From the IMG/VR virus record IMGVR_UViG_3300035492_000062, positions 32,925-96,924 of that record: 64,000 nucleotides of DNA; one strand, 5' to 3'. This stretch comes from a virus. Shown in pieces: positions 1 to 10,158 of this stretch; the stretch's first letter is position 1, and each line of letters opens with the position of its first letter. Below the pieces are notes generated by a model. It worked only from the letters and a program-made list of their open reading frames with translations, made no database searches and had not been told where the DNA came from. A program made the translations under genes and the position numbers.

Positions 1-87
1 GGTGACTGGGATATTGTTGTTGAGATGGTTGAATTTATTGTAGGATCTCATTTCCATCTGGTTTATTATGATTTTGACAAGGGGTAA
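1..87 (+). CDS. 3' end of a gene truncated by the window edge, possibly a macro-domain protein
   Basis: Frame 1 reads GDWDIVVEMVEFIVGSHFHLVYYDFDKG*; GDWxxV resembles the C-terminal GGxW motif of phage macro domains. Confidence 0.3.
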   Translation, partial: GDWDIVVEMVEFIVGSHFHLVYYDFDKG

Positions 88-90
88 TGT

Positions 91-507
91 ATGACAATTT
101 TAGAGAAAATTTCTGCTGATATTACAGCAGCCAGACGCAATCAGAATAAAGTAGAAGTCATTTTGCTGACTACTCTACTTGGTGAGTTGCAGCGTAATCC
201 AAAGAAACTGAACACTGACGATGACGTGATTAAGGCTCTTTCTTCTTATGTAAAAGGGCTTAACGAACGTGCCAGACACTTCATTGAGAAAGATCTCCGT
301 CAACCAATTCTTGATGAAATTGCGTTGATTAAAGAACGGTATTTGCCAAAACAGATGGAGTATGATGATCTTCTGAAGCTGATTACGGAAAACTCATTCT
401 CTAACGTTAAAGAGATGATGGCGTTCTTGTCAAACCATCAGAAAGAAACAGGTCTGTTGATTGATCGAGCAGCAGCCAAGCAAATTTTTGAAGATACCCA
501 AATTTAA
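91..507 (+). CDS. YqeY/GatB-like protein
   Basis: LEKISADITAARR...LLTTLLGEL...DDDVIKAL...EIALIKERYLPKQM matches the YqeY pattern. Confidence 0.6.
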   Translation: MTILEKISADITAARRNQNKVEVILLTTLLGELQRNPKKLNTDDDVIKALSSYVKGLNERARHFIEKDLRQPILDEIALIKERYLPKQMEYDDLLKLITENSFSNVKEMMAFLSNHQKETGLLIDRAAAKQIFEDTQI

Positions 508-561
508 GTGTTGATGATTTTATAGAGATGGGTTTATGGGTAAAAATAAATTAATTTTTGG

Positions 562-1180
562 GTGGGGATAAATGATGTTAATTATCCAGTATGCAAATAC
601 GAAGAGATGCCTACTGTTAATGGAAATAGAAAGCAAAAATGCGTTTGGGAATGTCCATACTATCGGAAATGGAGAAGTATTATTAAGCGGTGTTTTAGTA
701 CAAAACTCCAAGAAAAGTACCCAACTTACAAAGGTTGCTCAATAACAGAAGATTGGAAAAGATTGAGCAACTTTATAATATGGGTTGATAATCAGCCAAA
801 TAAAGATTGGAGAAATTCTAACTTAGATAAAGATTTTTTAGTTTCTGGGAATAAACATTATAGTCCAGAAACTTGTGTTTTTATCTCCAGTGTAGTTAAT
901 ACTTTTATTATTGATAGTGGAAGGGCTAGGGGGAAATATATGATTGGGGTCAGTGCTGAGCAAAATAGTATAAAACCCATATAAGGCTAGTTGTAGTAAC
1001 CCATTTAATAACAAGGGGGAGTATCTAGGATTATTCCCAACCGAATTGGAAGCGCATCTGGCTTGGAAAACCCGTAAACACGAATTAGCTTTACATTTGG
1101 CAAGTATTGAAGTAGACTCACGAGTAGCGTCTAGGTTGCGAGAAATGTATGCACTAGACAAAGATCTAACCAAAATATAG
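562..1180 (+). pseudogene. HNH-type phage homing endonuclease-like gene with a +1 frameshift near 975-980
   Basis: YRKWRSIIKRC...YKGCSI...W..LSNF...LDKDFL..GNKHYSPETCVF; continues in the +1 frame as KPYKASCSNPF...YLGLFPTELEAHLAWKTRKHELA...* (TAG 1178-1180). Confidence 0.65.
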
Positions 1181-1186
1181 GAGCAT

Positions 1187-3577
1187 ATGATGCAACTCAC
1201 TCAAACCTTAGCACCGGTAGCAACATCTGGACAATCACTACGTACATCGGAGTTCCAGATGAAAATGAACCAGAAGATGTTTGAGATTTTCTCATCATCA
1301 ATCTACTCAAACAAGATTCGTGCCGTAGTTCGTGAACTGTGCACCAACGCATTCGACATCCATAAAACAACTGGTATTGGTAATGTGCCATTTGAAGTCA
1401 GTGTGCCTACCACAGACAATCCGATGTTTGTTGTGCGTGATTTTGGTACAGGCTTATCCGAAGAACAAGTATTTGACATTTACACTGTCTACTTTGAATC
1501 TACCAAAGATGGTGATGATGAGGCTCATGGCGGCTATGGTCTAGGTTCTAAATCACCACTGGCTTATGTAGACTCATTTCAGATCCGTTCTTACCAAGAT
1601 GGTATTCTGAAGTGTTATACATGTTACCGGAAAAATGGTACACCAATGATCTCTCTGATTCTGGAAACGACCACAGACGAACCCAATGGTTTGGAAGTGT
1701 CTGTGGCTGTCAATGAGTCTGATTTTAAGCGATTTAACACCGAGATTGGATATGTTTTATCTACATTCCCAGTAAAACCAACCATCGTGAATGGTGAAGT
1801 ATCTTATTTCAACTTCAAAGAAACAGAGAAAGAATTATTCTCAATCACAAACTTCCCAAACGTAGTGGATAGAGACAACCAGTTCTTTGTTTACATTGAA
1901 CCAGTACTTTATCCTTTATTGAATGACATGAAACAGATCTTCAAGAACTCGAAGCTGTATAACATGTTTTTCCGTAATGACTCTGGTCGTTATGCATTTA
2001 AGTTCCCGATTGGTTCTATGATGATCCCACCCAGTCGTGAACAGATTGATAACACAAAATTTAACATTGATGCTTTCCAGAAATATATGGATAACATTGA
2101 TCAACTTTATTCAGTGAAACTGAATGACATTTATGAGCGCACTAAAGATCTGCCGTACTGTGATGCATTGACTACTGTCTCAAAAGAAATTGAAGGGATT
2201 ACTGGTGTTAAAAATTCTGGTCTTCTTGCAACATTCATGGAGAATAAGGATTATATCTATGCACATCCATTTGGTGACATGCAGCAGTATGATGAACGTG
2301 TAGCAATCAAAGAAGACAAAACTACTGGCATAATCGAGTACGGGATTGTTAAAAAATTCAGTCCATCAGAGAAAATTAGACTATCGCCTATTGAAAAGGT
2401 TATGTATCGCTCACTAAAATCAGGTGTACCATTATTTCAGGCACGATATTTCGATCCGAAGTCCAAAGTAAGCTTCGGGTATAATTCTGGTTGTGAAGAG
2501 TTTGTTCCTTATGTCATGGGGAAGAAGCTAGTGATCTTCACACTAGACCAGAAAAATTATCGGAAGTTCATTGAACATTTTGAAGAGCAAATGAAAAGTG
2601 ATTACCAGCAAAACCAGTTTATTTATATGCTGAATAAGACAAAAGATGAGGTGATGGATGAACTAAACGATTGGAGTTTTTCTGGAAAAGTTACTGACAT
2701 TTTTCCAAACATTGAAGTTGTTGAGTTTGCTGATATTCGTAAAAAATATCCGTTGTCACGCAACACATCTGGAATGACTGCATCTGTTAGAGGAACAAAA
2801 CCACACGCACATCTTCTATTAGATGGTGGTAGTATTGTAAACGATGAAACATCAATTAATGATTTAATCAAATTGGTTGATGAGTCTACTGATACGGTAA
2901 AGTACATTCGGAGTGATGAGGCATCTGCTACATCATACACCAACATCATCAAGGCAGTTAAACGGTCATGGGCTTTGTCAAATGTTTGTGCTGATTTGTT
3001 TGCTGAGTTTGAAGGTACACTTATTTTTACAAATCAGAAATTTGATGTCACTATCGAGAAAATGACAAAGAACGGTGTAGATATTGAGAATGTGACTGAT
3101 GTTTTCTTTGAGAAGATGAAAGAACACATCCGACAGTATTTTATGACGACTGAGAACTGGGTGTATAACAATTTATCAAATTCAGGATCAGGGAGAGAAC
3201 TCTTTGGACGCATCTCTTACAATAATAAAATCACCAGTTATTTAGGTAAAAAATATGATGTTTTATGGCACCGGAGAGTGAAAAATAAGCGAGATGAACT
3301 ATTCCCAAATGCACAAGCACCAGTAACATTCGATACCACTCATGAGTATCTGCGAATTATTAGAAATGCCGACAGCTTTAATAGTATTTTTTCTGTTCAT
3401 GAGTATAGTGAACTTTTCGAGTACCATAGTGAAGTGGAGGAATTGATTCATTATAAAATGAAAGAAATCGAGAAAAAGATCCCGCTATTGGTTGCGCTAT
3501 GCAAAAGTGTGGTATACAATAGTGATGAAACAACAGCAGATTTAATTCTGGAACACATGAAAGAAAAAGGGGTTTAA
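1187..3577 (+). CDS. rIIA: rIIA-like protein (N-terminal GHKL ATPase)
   Basis: IYSNKIRAVVRELCTNAFD, VRDFGTGLS, GGYGLGSKSP; adjacent to rIIB. Confidence 0.8.
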   Translation: MMQLTQTLAPVATSGQSLRTSEFQMKMNQKMFEIFSSSIYSNKIRAVVRELCTNAFDIHKTTGIGNVPFEVSVPTTDNPMFVVRDFGTGLSEEQVFDIYTVYFESTKDGDDEAHGGYGLGSKSPLAYVDSFQIRSYQDGILKCYTCYRKNGTPMISLILETTTDEPNGLEVSVAVNESDFKRFNTEIGYVLSTFPVKPTIVNGEVSYFNFKETEKELFSITNFPNVVDRDNQFFVYIEPVLYPLLNDMKQIFKNSKLYNMFFRNDSGRYAFKFPIGSMMIPPSREQIDNTKFNIDAFQKYMDNIDQLYSVKLNDIYERTKDLPYCDALTTVSKEIEGITGVKNSGLLATFMENKDYIYAHPFGDMQQYDERVAIKEDKTTGIIEYGIVKKFSPSEKIRLSPIEKVMYRSLKSGVPLFQARYFDPKSKVSFGYNSGCEEFVPYVMGKKLVIFTLDQKNYRKFIEHFEEQMKSDYQQNQFIYMLNKTKDEVMDELNDWSFSGKVTDIFPNIEVVEFADIRKKYPLSRNTSGMTASVRGTKPHAHLLLDGGSIVNDETSINDLIKLVDESTDTVKYIRSDEASATSYTNIIKAVKRSWALSNVCADLFAEFEGTLIFTNQKFDVTIEKMTKNGVDIENVTDVFFEKMKEHIRQYFMTTENWVYNNLSNSGSGRELFGRISYNNKITSYLGKKYDVLWHRRVKNKRDELFPNAQAPVTFDTTHEYLRIIRNADSFNSIFSVHEYSELFEYHSEVEELIHYKMKEIEKKIPLLVALCKSVVYNSDETTADLILEHMKEKGV

Positions 3578-3579
3578 AG

Positions 3580-4566
3580 ATGAGTACTAAAGTAGATCAA
3601 GCATTAAAACAGCGTATCTGGGAATTTATGCTGTCAGAAGCCAAACGTCAAAATATTGATGTTCTGGCTGTAAACAAAACAAAGACTGCCAATCAGTTTG
3701 GTGTGTCTCCTCGGACTGTTGGTCGTGTAGTAGATCAGTTCTATGGTAAAGATAACAGTGACCAAGAGTCTACAGTCACTGTAGAAGAAACACCAAAAGC
3801 AGTCACTGTAGAAGATGTAGTAAAAGTATCAGAGAAGAAATCTAAAGTCTCTGTAATCAACTGGACAATTACACAAAACAGTGTGCTGTTGACGTTATCT
3901 GATGGTAATAACGCATCAATCACCAAAGATAACACGAATTTTGGTGAAGTTTGTAAACAACTGCTTGCCGGAAATACTGATGTAATGGCACTGGTTAATC
4001 CAGCCAAAAACTTTGAGTATGAATATGGTAACATCAAAGTGGTCGAAGATGGTGTGTTATTTGCTGGTAATAAACTGCCGAAAGAGATCGCATTCTTTGT
4101 TATTGATGCAGTTCGTGCTGGTAAACAGGCAGATGTGGAACGATTCGCGAAGTTCCTGAATAATTTGTTAGAGAACCCAAGCTATCGAGCAGTACAGACT
4201 TTATATCCGTTCCTGAAACATAATGACATCCAAATCACTGATGATGGAATGATCTTGGCTTGGAAACGAATTACAGGTGATTTTAAAGACTGCTACACTA
4301 AAACCATTGATAACACTATTGGTACTGTGGTCAAGGTTCGCAGGAATGAAGTGGAAGAAGACCCAACTCGTACTTGTGCAAAGGGTCTACATTTGTGTGC
4401 TAAACATTACTTGTCTAGTTATAGAGGTGATGTTGTAGTACAATGTTTGCTGAATCCTCGTGATGTTGTGGCCGTACCACACGATTATAACGGTTCTAAA
4501 CTTCGGTGCTCAGAATACAAAGTTTTAAAAGATGTAACTGTTGAATGGGAAGCTGGTAAGTTATAA
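3580..4566 (+). CDS. rIIB: rIIB-like protein
   Basis: N-terminal HTH (FGVSPRTVGRV); NPSYRAVQTLYPFL, ITDDGMILAWK, CAKGLHLC, DVVAVPHDYNGSKLRCSEYKV. Confidence 0.85.
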   Translation: MSTKVDQALKQRIWEFMLSEAKRQNIDVLAVNKTKTANQFGVSPRTVGRVVDQFYGKDNSDQESTVTVEETPKAVTVEDVVKVSEKKSKVSVINWTITQNSVLLTLSDGNNASITKDNTNFGEVCKQLLAGNTDVMALVNPAKNFEYEYGNIKVVEDGVLFAGNKLPKEIAFFVIDAVRAGKQADVERFAKFLNNLLENPSYRAVQTLYPFLKHNDIQITDDGMILAWKRITGDFKDCYTKTIDNTIGTVVKVRRNEVEEDPTRTCAKGLHLCAKHYLSSYRGDVVVQCLLNPRDVVAVPHDYNGSKLRCSEYKVLKDVTVEWEAGKL

Positions 4567-4582
4567 ATAAACTCCCTCCTCT

Positions 4583-4613
4583 ACTCAGCCAGAATATCTC
4601 TGGCTGAGTTTTA
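4583..4613 (+). terminator. Rho-independent terminator after rIIB
   Basis: ACTCAGCCAGA-atatc-TCTGGCTGAGT then TTTT. Confidence 0.8.
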
Positions 4614-4619
4614 TAAATT
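4612..4619 (+). promoter_or_regulatory. T4-type late promoter-like motif upstream of nrdA
   Basis: TATAAATT just after the terminator; an exact TATAAATA also lies at 4562-4569. Confidence 0.4.
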
Positions 4620-4669
4620 TTCCTCAATCCCGCAATGGGAAGTTTTTCTTTTATAGGACAAAGAGAATA

Positions 4670-7600
4670 ATGATTAGTGTAGTAAAAAACAACGGAAAAA
4701 GAGAGCCATTTGATGCAGAAAAAATTAATGAGATGTGTACCTTTATCGCAGAAGGTTTAGCTGTATCCCCATCAGCAATCGCTATGAAAGCACAGATTTC
4801 TATCTTTGATGGTATTCATACTAGACAAATACAAAAAGAATTAGTTGACGCTGCACGAGATTTGGCGACAATTGATGAACCAGATTACCTAATTGCGGCA
4901 GGTCGTTTGATGATGAGTGATCTTCGTAAGCAGGTTTATGGGCAATTCGATCCTCTGCCATTATACGACATCATTTATGAGAATACTTCTCTAGGCCGTT
5001 ACGATAAAGAGGTGTTGGAGCTTTATACTAAGGAAGAGATTGATTTCTTAGACTCTCATATTGTCCATGAGCGTGATATGTTTATTCCTCAAGCAGCCGC
5101 GCTTACATACCTTGAGAAATATTTAATTAAAGATAAAATTACAGGCACTGTGTTTGAAACCCCACAGGTCGCTTTGATGATGATCCCAATGTGTCTATTG
5201 GCAAAGCGACTTGACCGTTTGAATCGGATTATTAAATTCTACGAGGCGGTTTCCACGAATAAATTTTCATTACCTAGTCCGATAATGGCAGGTGTACGTA
5301 GTCCAACAAGACAATTCAGTTCATGTTGTTTGATAGATAGTGATGATGATTTGGATGCAATTAACGCTACTGCAAACTCAATCGTCAAATACGCATCAAA
5401 ACGGGCTGGTATTGGTGTGAATGGTGGTCGTATTCGTGCACAGGGAAGTCCAGTTCGTGGCGGTGAGATATCCCACACAGGTTGCATTAACTTCTATAAG
5501 ATGTGGCAAGCAGCACTTCACAGTTGCTCTCAGGGGGGATTGCGTAACGCATCTGCGACATTATTCTATCCATGGTGGCATTATGAGGTTGAAGATTTAT
5601 TAGTGCTTAAGAATAATAAAGGAACAGAATCAAATCGGGTTCGCCATATAGACTACGGCTTCCAGATGAATAAGTTACTAATGGAACGAGTCAAAAACAA
5701 TGAAATGGTATCTTTATTTTCTCCTCATGAGAATAAAGAGTTATATGAAGCATTTTTCACCAATCAGGATAAGTTTGATGAGATTTACTATCAGATGGAA
5801 AACAACCCTCTAATACGACAAAAGCGTGTTAAGGCGTTGGACTTGTTTACATTATTTATTAACGAGAGGGCAGCAACTGGTAGAATATACGCAAACTTTG
5901 TAGATCATATGAATGACTACAGTGGGTTTGATTGTAAAAATTCTGTCATTTATATGTCAAATCTTTGTGTTGCCCCAGAAACACAAATTTTAACAGATAA
6001 TGGTTATATCCCAATTGCTGAGCTAGAAGATCAGAATGTCAGTGTATGGAACGGGGAGGAATTTACAGAGACTGTTGTTAGAAAAACTGGCTCAAATCAG
6101 AAATTACTTAAAGTAATCACCGACTCAGGCCAAGAACTCTACTGCACGCCATATCATAAGTTTTATGTGTTTGATGGATATGGCAAAGATTATGTCGAAA
6201 AAAGGGCACATGAGCTAACTTCCGGCATGAAGCTTGCAAAATTTGACTTACCTGTTTTATACAATGGGACAAAAGAGCTTCCGTTGGCATATCAGAATGG
6301 GTTTTATAGTGGGGACGGATGTGCTGTACAAAATACCCAAAGAGTTTATTTATATGGAGAAAAGAGAAAGTTGGCGCACATGTTTGATGTTAAGTGGTCG
6401 ATACAGGAAGAGCAAAACAGACAATATGGGCACTATCATGGTGAGTTAAAAGAAAAATATTTCGTGCCGATGAGTGAGTATACTCTGCGCTCCCGCATCA
6501 ACTGGTTGGCTGGTTGGTTGGATGCAGATGGTTGTGTGTATAGAAATGGAGACAATCAGCAATTAGTGGGCACATCAGTTGAGCTGTCGTTTTTGAAAGA
6601 CGTACAATTAATGTTACAAACGTTGGGTGTTTCGGCAAAAATAAAAAAAATAGCAGAGGAAGGATACAGGAAACTACCACTTAACAACGGCACTGGGGAG
6701 TATGGTGATTTCTGGTGCCAAACATCATATAGACTGATCATAACAAGTAACGATGTTTATCGACTATTATGCAATGGACTGAAACTTCATAGATTACAAT
6801 TAGAAAAGCGTCTACCTCAGAGAGATGCAAGACGGTTTGTTGTGGTGGAGAGTGTAGTTGATAACGGAAGAGTTGACGATACATTCTGCTTTACTGAATC
6901 AAAGCGCGGCATGGCGATGTTTAACGGCATCTTGACTGGTCAATGTTTAGAAATAGGACTTCCAACTTCACCAATTTTTAACATTCACTCTCCCGCTGAG
7001 GATGAGGACGGTGAGATTGCACTTTGTACATTAGCCGCATACAATTTAGGTGCAGTTGAACCAGAAGAGTTTGAAGAGATTGCTTACATCATAGTGGAGG
7101 CATTAGATGAGCTATTAGACTATCAAGACTATCCGGTAAATGCAGCTAAACATGCACTGAAACGCAGATCGTTAGGAATTGGAGTTACAAATTATCAATA
7201 CTGGTTGGCTAAGAATGGTTTTAAATATAGTACCCGTGATGGAAACAACGCTACCCATGAGTTGTTTGAACGACTGCGTTATAGTTTAATGAAAGCATCA
7301 GTAGAGTTAGCTAAAGAAAAAGGTCAATGTGAGTGGTTCTATAAAACCAAACTAGCAAAAGGGATCATGCCAGTTGATAACTATAAAAAAGACGTTGACG
7401 CTTTACACACAGCTGAACTGAAAATGGATTGGACATCACTCCGGCAAGACATTTTGAAGTATGGTATGCGAAATAGTACACTGATGGCTCTTATGCCAAG
7501 TGAAACAAGTGCAATTATTGCTAACGCCACTAATGGCATTGAACCACAGCGAGGACCAATTGCAATTAAAGCTGGTAAAGATGGCAATATGAAGATTATT

Positions 7601-7936
7601 GTACCAGAGTACCATAATCTTAAACATATGTATGAGTTTGTGTGGGATATTCCAGATAACACAGGCTACATCGAGAAAGTTGCAATTATGCAAAAATTTA
7701 CTTGTCAGGCGATTAGTAGTAATTTAAACTATGATCCATTCAAATACAATGATAGGAAAGTCCCGCTAAAAATTATGATGCAGGATATTTTCAGAGCGTA
7801 CAAGTACGGGTTCAAGACTATCTACTATCACAATACTCGTGATAAACGAGGTCAGGACATTGATGATGTTATGCCTGTTGTTACTGACGTAGTGGATGAA
7901 TCTACTCCAGAAGTATGTGACGGTTGTGCTATTTAA
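4670..7936 (+). CDS. nrdA: Class Ia ribonucleotide reductase alpha subunit containing an intein
   Basis: ATP cone (VVKNNGKREPFDAEKI), TRQFSSCCLI, SCSQGGLRNASAT, SNL|C-LEI catalytic motif split by the intein, C-terminal CDGCAI. Confidence 0.95.
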   Translation: MISVVKNNGKREPFDAEKINEMCTFIAEGLAVSPSAIAMKAQISIFDGIHTRQIQKELVDAARDLATIDEPDYLIAAGRLMMSDLRKQVYGQFDPLPLYDIIYENTSLGRYDKEVLELYTKEEIDFLDSHIVHERDMFIPQAAALTYLEKYLIKDKITGTVFETPQVALMMIPMCLLAKRLDRLNRIIKFYEAVSTNKFSLPSPIMAGVRSPTRQFSSCCLIDSDDDLDAINATANSIVKYASKRAGIGVNGGRIRAQGSPVRGGEISHTGCINFYKMWQAALHSCSQGGLRNASATLFYPWWHYEVEDLLVLKNNKGTESNRVRHIDYGFQMNKLLMERVKNNEMVSLFSPHENKELYEAFFTNQDKFDEIYYQMENNPLIRQKRVKALDLFTLFINERAATGRIYANFVDHMNDYSGFDCKNSVIYMSNLCVAPETQILTDNGYIPIAELEDQNVSVWNGEEFTETVVRKTGSNQKLLKVITDSGQELYCTPYHKFYVFDGYGKDYVEKRAHELTSGMKLAKFDLPVLYNGTKELPLAYQNGFYSGDGCAVQNTQRVYLYGEKRKLAHMFDVKWSIQEEQNRQYGHYHGELKEKYFVPMSEYTLRSRINWLAGWLDADGCVYRNGDNQQLVGTSVELSFLKDVQLMLQTLGVSAKIKKIAEEGYRKLPLNNGTGEYGDFWCQTSYRLIITSNDVYRLLCNGLKLHRLQLEKRLPQRDARRFVVVESVVDNGRVDDTFCFTESKRGMAMFNGILTGQCLEIGLPTSPIFNIHSPAEDEDGEIALCTLAAYNLGAVEPEEFEEIAYIIVEALDELLDYQDYPVNAAKHALKRRSLGIGVTNYQYWLAKNGFKYSTRDGNNATHELFERLRYSLMKASVELAKEKGQCEWFYKTKLAKGIMPVDNYKKDVDALHTAELKMDWTSLRQDILKYGMRNSTLMALMPSETSAIIANATNGIEPQRGPIAIKAGKDGNMKIIVPEYHNLKHMYEFVWDIPDNTGYIEKVAIMQKFTCQAISSNLNYDPFKYNDRKVPLKIMMQDIFRAYKYGFKTIYYHNTRDKRGQDIDDVMPVVTDVVDESTPEVCDGCAI
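5966..6943 (+). mobile_element. Intein (326 aa) with LAGLIDADG endonuclease in NrdA
   Basis: Starts CVAPETQILT after SNL; block B CTPYHKF; GFYSGDG and WLAGWLDADG; ends NGILTGQ before Cys(+1) of CLEI. Confidence 0.9.
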
Positions 7937-7942
7937 TAGTTC

Positions 7943-7966
7943 TGGAGCATGGACGCTCCATATTTT
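7943..7966 (+). terminator. Hairpin between nrdA and nrdB
   Basis: TGGAGC-atggac-GCTCCA then TATTTT. Confidence 0.4.
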
Positions 7967-7978
7967 AGAGGTTTAAAA

Positions 7979-9115
7979 ATGACGCGAAGTATATTCCCAC
8001 TGGAAAACAAAGACTACACCAAAGAATTTATGTTCTTTGGTACTGAACCAAACATCAACAGAAACGATGTTATGCGGTTCCCAAAATTTAATGACTTTAT
8101 AGAACAACAACAAGGATATTTCTGGCGTCCGAGTGAAATTGATTGTACGAAAGATCGTGTTGACTATATGAATATGGAAGAGCACGAAAAGCACATTTTT
8201 ATTAGCAACATAAAGTACCAGAGTCTGTTGGACTCTGTTCAAGGTCGAGCACCATTGATGGTGCTAGGGCAAATTGTATCACTACCTGAGTTGGAAACAT
8301 GGTTAACAACGTGGCAATTCTCAGAAACCATACATGAACAGAGCTACACTCACATTCTCAGAAATGTGTTTCGCGATCCATCTCACGTTTTTGATACAGT
8401 ACTTGAGATCCCAGAAATTATCCAGCGAGCAAAGGATGTGACTCGATATTATGACGAGTTGTATGAAGATGTGGTGCGATATAATGCTGGTCTTGCAGTT
8501 GATATGTACCAGATGAAAACTAAATTGTTTAAATGTATTGTGGTGGTTTACTTCTTAGAAGCAATCAGATTCTACGGTTCATTTGTATCCACATTTAGTT
8601 TTGCTAAGCGTGGAGTGATGGAGGGACAAGGTAAGATCATGCAACTTATCGCACGAGACGAGTTCCTCCATCAAGGTTCAACACATTATATGCTCACTCG
8701 ATGGTATGCTGGTCTGGACGATCCCGAAATGACAAAAATTGCAAAAGAGAACGTTCATTTCGTATTAGATACTGGTAAAGAGGTTGGAGATCAAGAAAAA
8801 CTATGGGCAAATTATTTGTTTCAACTTGGTAGTATTATCGGCCTGAATGCTCAAATTTTGCAGCAATATCAGATGTGGTTAACTAACAAACGAATAGAGG
8901 ATTTGTTAAAACCAAAAATTCAGGGAAGAGAGTTTGACTTTGGTTATGTTCCGGTGTATCCTGATGTTAAAACTAACCCTATTCCATGGGTAAATGAGTT
9001 TTTAGAATCTGATAACGTACAAGTAGCGCCGCAGGAAACTGAGATTAGTACTTATATGGTAGGACAAATTAATGCAGATGTTGATGATGAATTTTTAGGA
9101 GAACTTGAACTGTGA
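7979..9115 (+). CDS. nrdB: Class Ia ribonucleotide reductase beta subunit
   Basis: FWRPSEID, QSLLDSVQGR, FSETIHEQSY, EAIRFYGSF, IARDEFLH, APQETEISTY; start taken at the ATG behind the GAGG RBS. Confidence 0.95.
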   Translation: MTRSIFPLENKDYTKEFMFFGTEPNINRNDVMRFPKFNDFIEQQQGYFWRPSEIDCTKDRVDYMNMEEHEKHIFISNIKYQSLLDSVQGRAPLMVLGQIVSLPELETWLTTWQFSETIHEQSYTHILRNVFRDPSHVFDTVLEIPEIIQRAKDVTRYYDELYEDVVRYNAGLAVDMYQMKTKLFKCIVVVYFLEAIRFYGSFVSTFSFAKRGVMEGQGKIMQLIARDEFLHQGSTHYMLTRWYAGLDDPEMTKIAKENVHFVLDTGKEVGDQEKLWANYLFQLGSIIGLNAQILQQYQMWLTNKRIEDLLKPKIQGREFDFGYVPVYPDVKTNPIPWVNEFLESDNVQVAPQETEISTYMVGQINADVDDEFLGELEL

Positions 9116-9399
9116 CAAAACCAAAATTTGTACTTGAAAATGTATCTGATTTGACTGATGATACAGAAGTTAGTCTTATACAAATAATCTATAAAAACGG
9201 GGAGACCATGTTTTTATGGACAGTGAAGAGTTACTTTTCATTAAAACACGATGGGATTTATTGGAGAGCATTTACATATCCACAACCACTCAAAATTAAC
9301 CTTGAAGAGATTATGAGTGTGTGGGTGTGCGAAAATACTACACTCGGTGAACTGAAACAGCAATACACTGAAGAGGGGTATGAAATTGTTATTAAATGA
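9112..9399 (+). CDS. Hypothetical protein
   Basis: ORF overlapping the nrdB stop and the glutaredoxin start. Confidence 0.6.
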   Translation: MTKPKFVLENVSDLTDDTEVSLIQIIYKNGETMFLWTVKSYFSLKHDGIYWRAFTYPQPLKINLEEIMSVWVCENTTLGELKQQYTEEGYEIVIK

Positions 9400-9637
9400 A
9401 AAAACTTATCGAGTTTACGGTAAACCAGCCTGCACATTCTGCACACAAGCAATCGACTTATTGACGGCTCGTGGTTTGAAGTATCAGTATATTAATGTAA
9501 TGGAAGATCCAGCATCATTAGAGATGTTACGTGCAAGAAATTTCCGCACAGTGCCACAGATCTATGAGTTTGATGGGGTATCTGAGGTACATATCGGTGG
9601 GTTTACCGAGTTACGAAATCATCTGAACAACGCATAA
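9380..9637 (+). CDS. Glutaredoxin
   Basis: VYGKPACTFC, RTVPQIY, HIGGFTEL; next to nrdAB. Confidence 0.9.
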   Translation: MKLLLNEKTYRVYGKPACTFCTQAIDLLTARGLKYQYINVMEDPASLEMLRARNFRTVPQIYEFDGVSEVHIGGFTELRNHLNNA

Positions 9638-9668
9638 CTTTATGTTTCTAGTCATGATAAATAATTTC

Positions 9669-10115
9669 ATGGCTAGAAATTATCAACAAGGTTATTACGA
9701 AGTTCAGAATAAAGACAAGTACTGTGGCACAAAAACCACAATCAGATACTTGTCTTCCTATGAGCTACACTTCTTTAAATGGGCAGATAGATGCCCATCA
9801 GTCCTCTCGTGGTCAGCAGAAAATACCATAGTCCCATACTTCAATCCTATAAAAAATAGACAAGCTCGATACATAGTAGACATATATCTGAAATATAAAG
9901 ATAAAAATGGAAATATCAGAGAAGAGTTGGTTGAAATTAAGCCTGAGCAGCAGGCTAAGAAACCTCAGAAGGGCAGAAAATCTCAGAAAACATATGAAAC
10001 TGAGATGATGACTTGGATTGTAAATGAGTCTAAATGGAAAGCAGCTCAACAATACGCCAAAGAACGTGGATGGGGATTCCGAGTTATAACCGAGAACTCC
10101 ATTTTCAGGGGTTGA
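9669..10115 (+). CDS. Head completion nuclease (T4 gp4-like, TnsA-type endonuclease fold)
   Basis: NKDKYCG...YLSSYELHFFKWAD...WSAE...RYIVDIY...LVEIKP...NESKWKAA; start at MARNYQQG. Confidence 0.8.
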   Translation: MARNYQQGYYEVQNKDKYCGTKTTIRYLSSYELHFFKWADRCPSVLSWSAENTIVPYFNPIKNRQARYIVDIYLKYKDKNGNIREELVEIKPEQQAKKPQKGRKSQKTYETEMMTWIVNESKWKAAQQYAKERGWGFRVITENSIFRG

Positions 10116-10140
10116 CGTCTTAGTAAAATTCTGCAATAAT
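10112..10140 (+). promoter_or_regulatory. sigma70-like early promoter
   Basis: TTGACG-17 nt-AATAAT. Confidence 0.55.
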
Positions 10141-10158
10141 GTCTCTAACTTCTTAAAA

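Noticed and set aside
838-1200. 120-aa minus-strand ORF
   Set aside because: Antisense shadow of the frameshifted HNH C-terminus
4670-9115. Group I introns in nrdA/nrdB (likewise thyA)
   Set aside because: The reading frames are continuous; the only insertion is the in-frame intein
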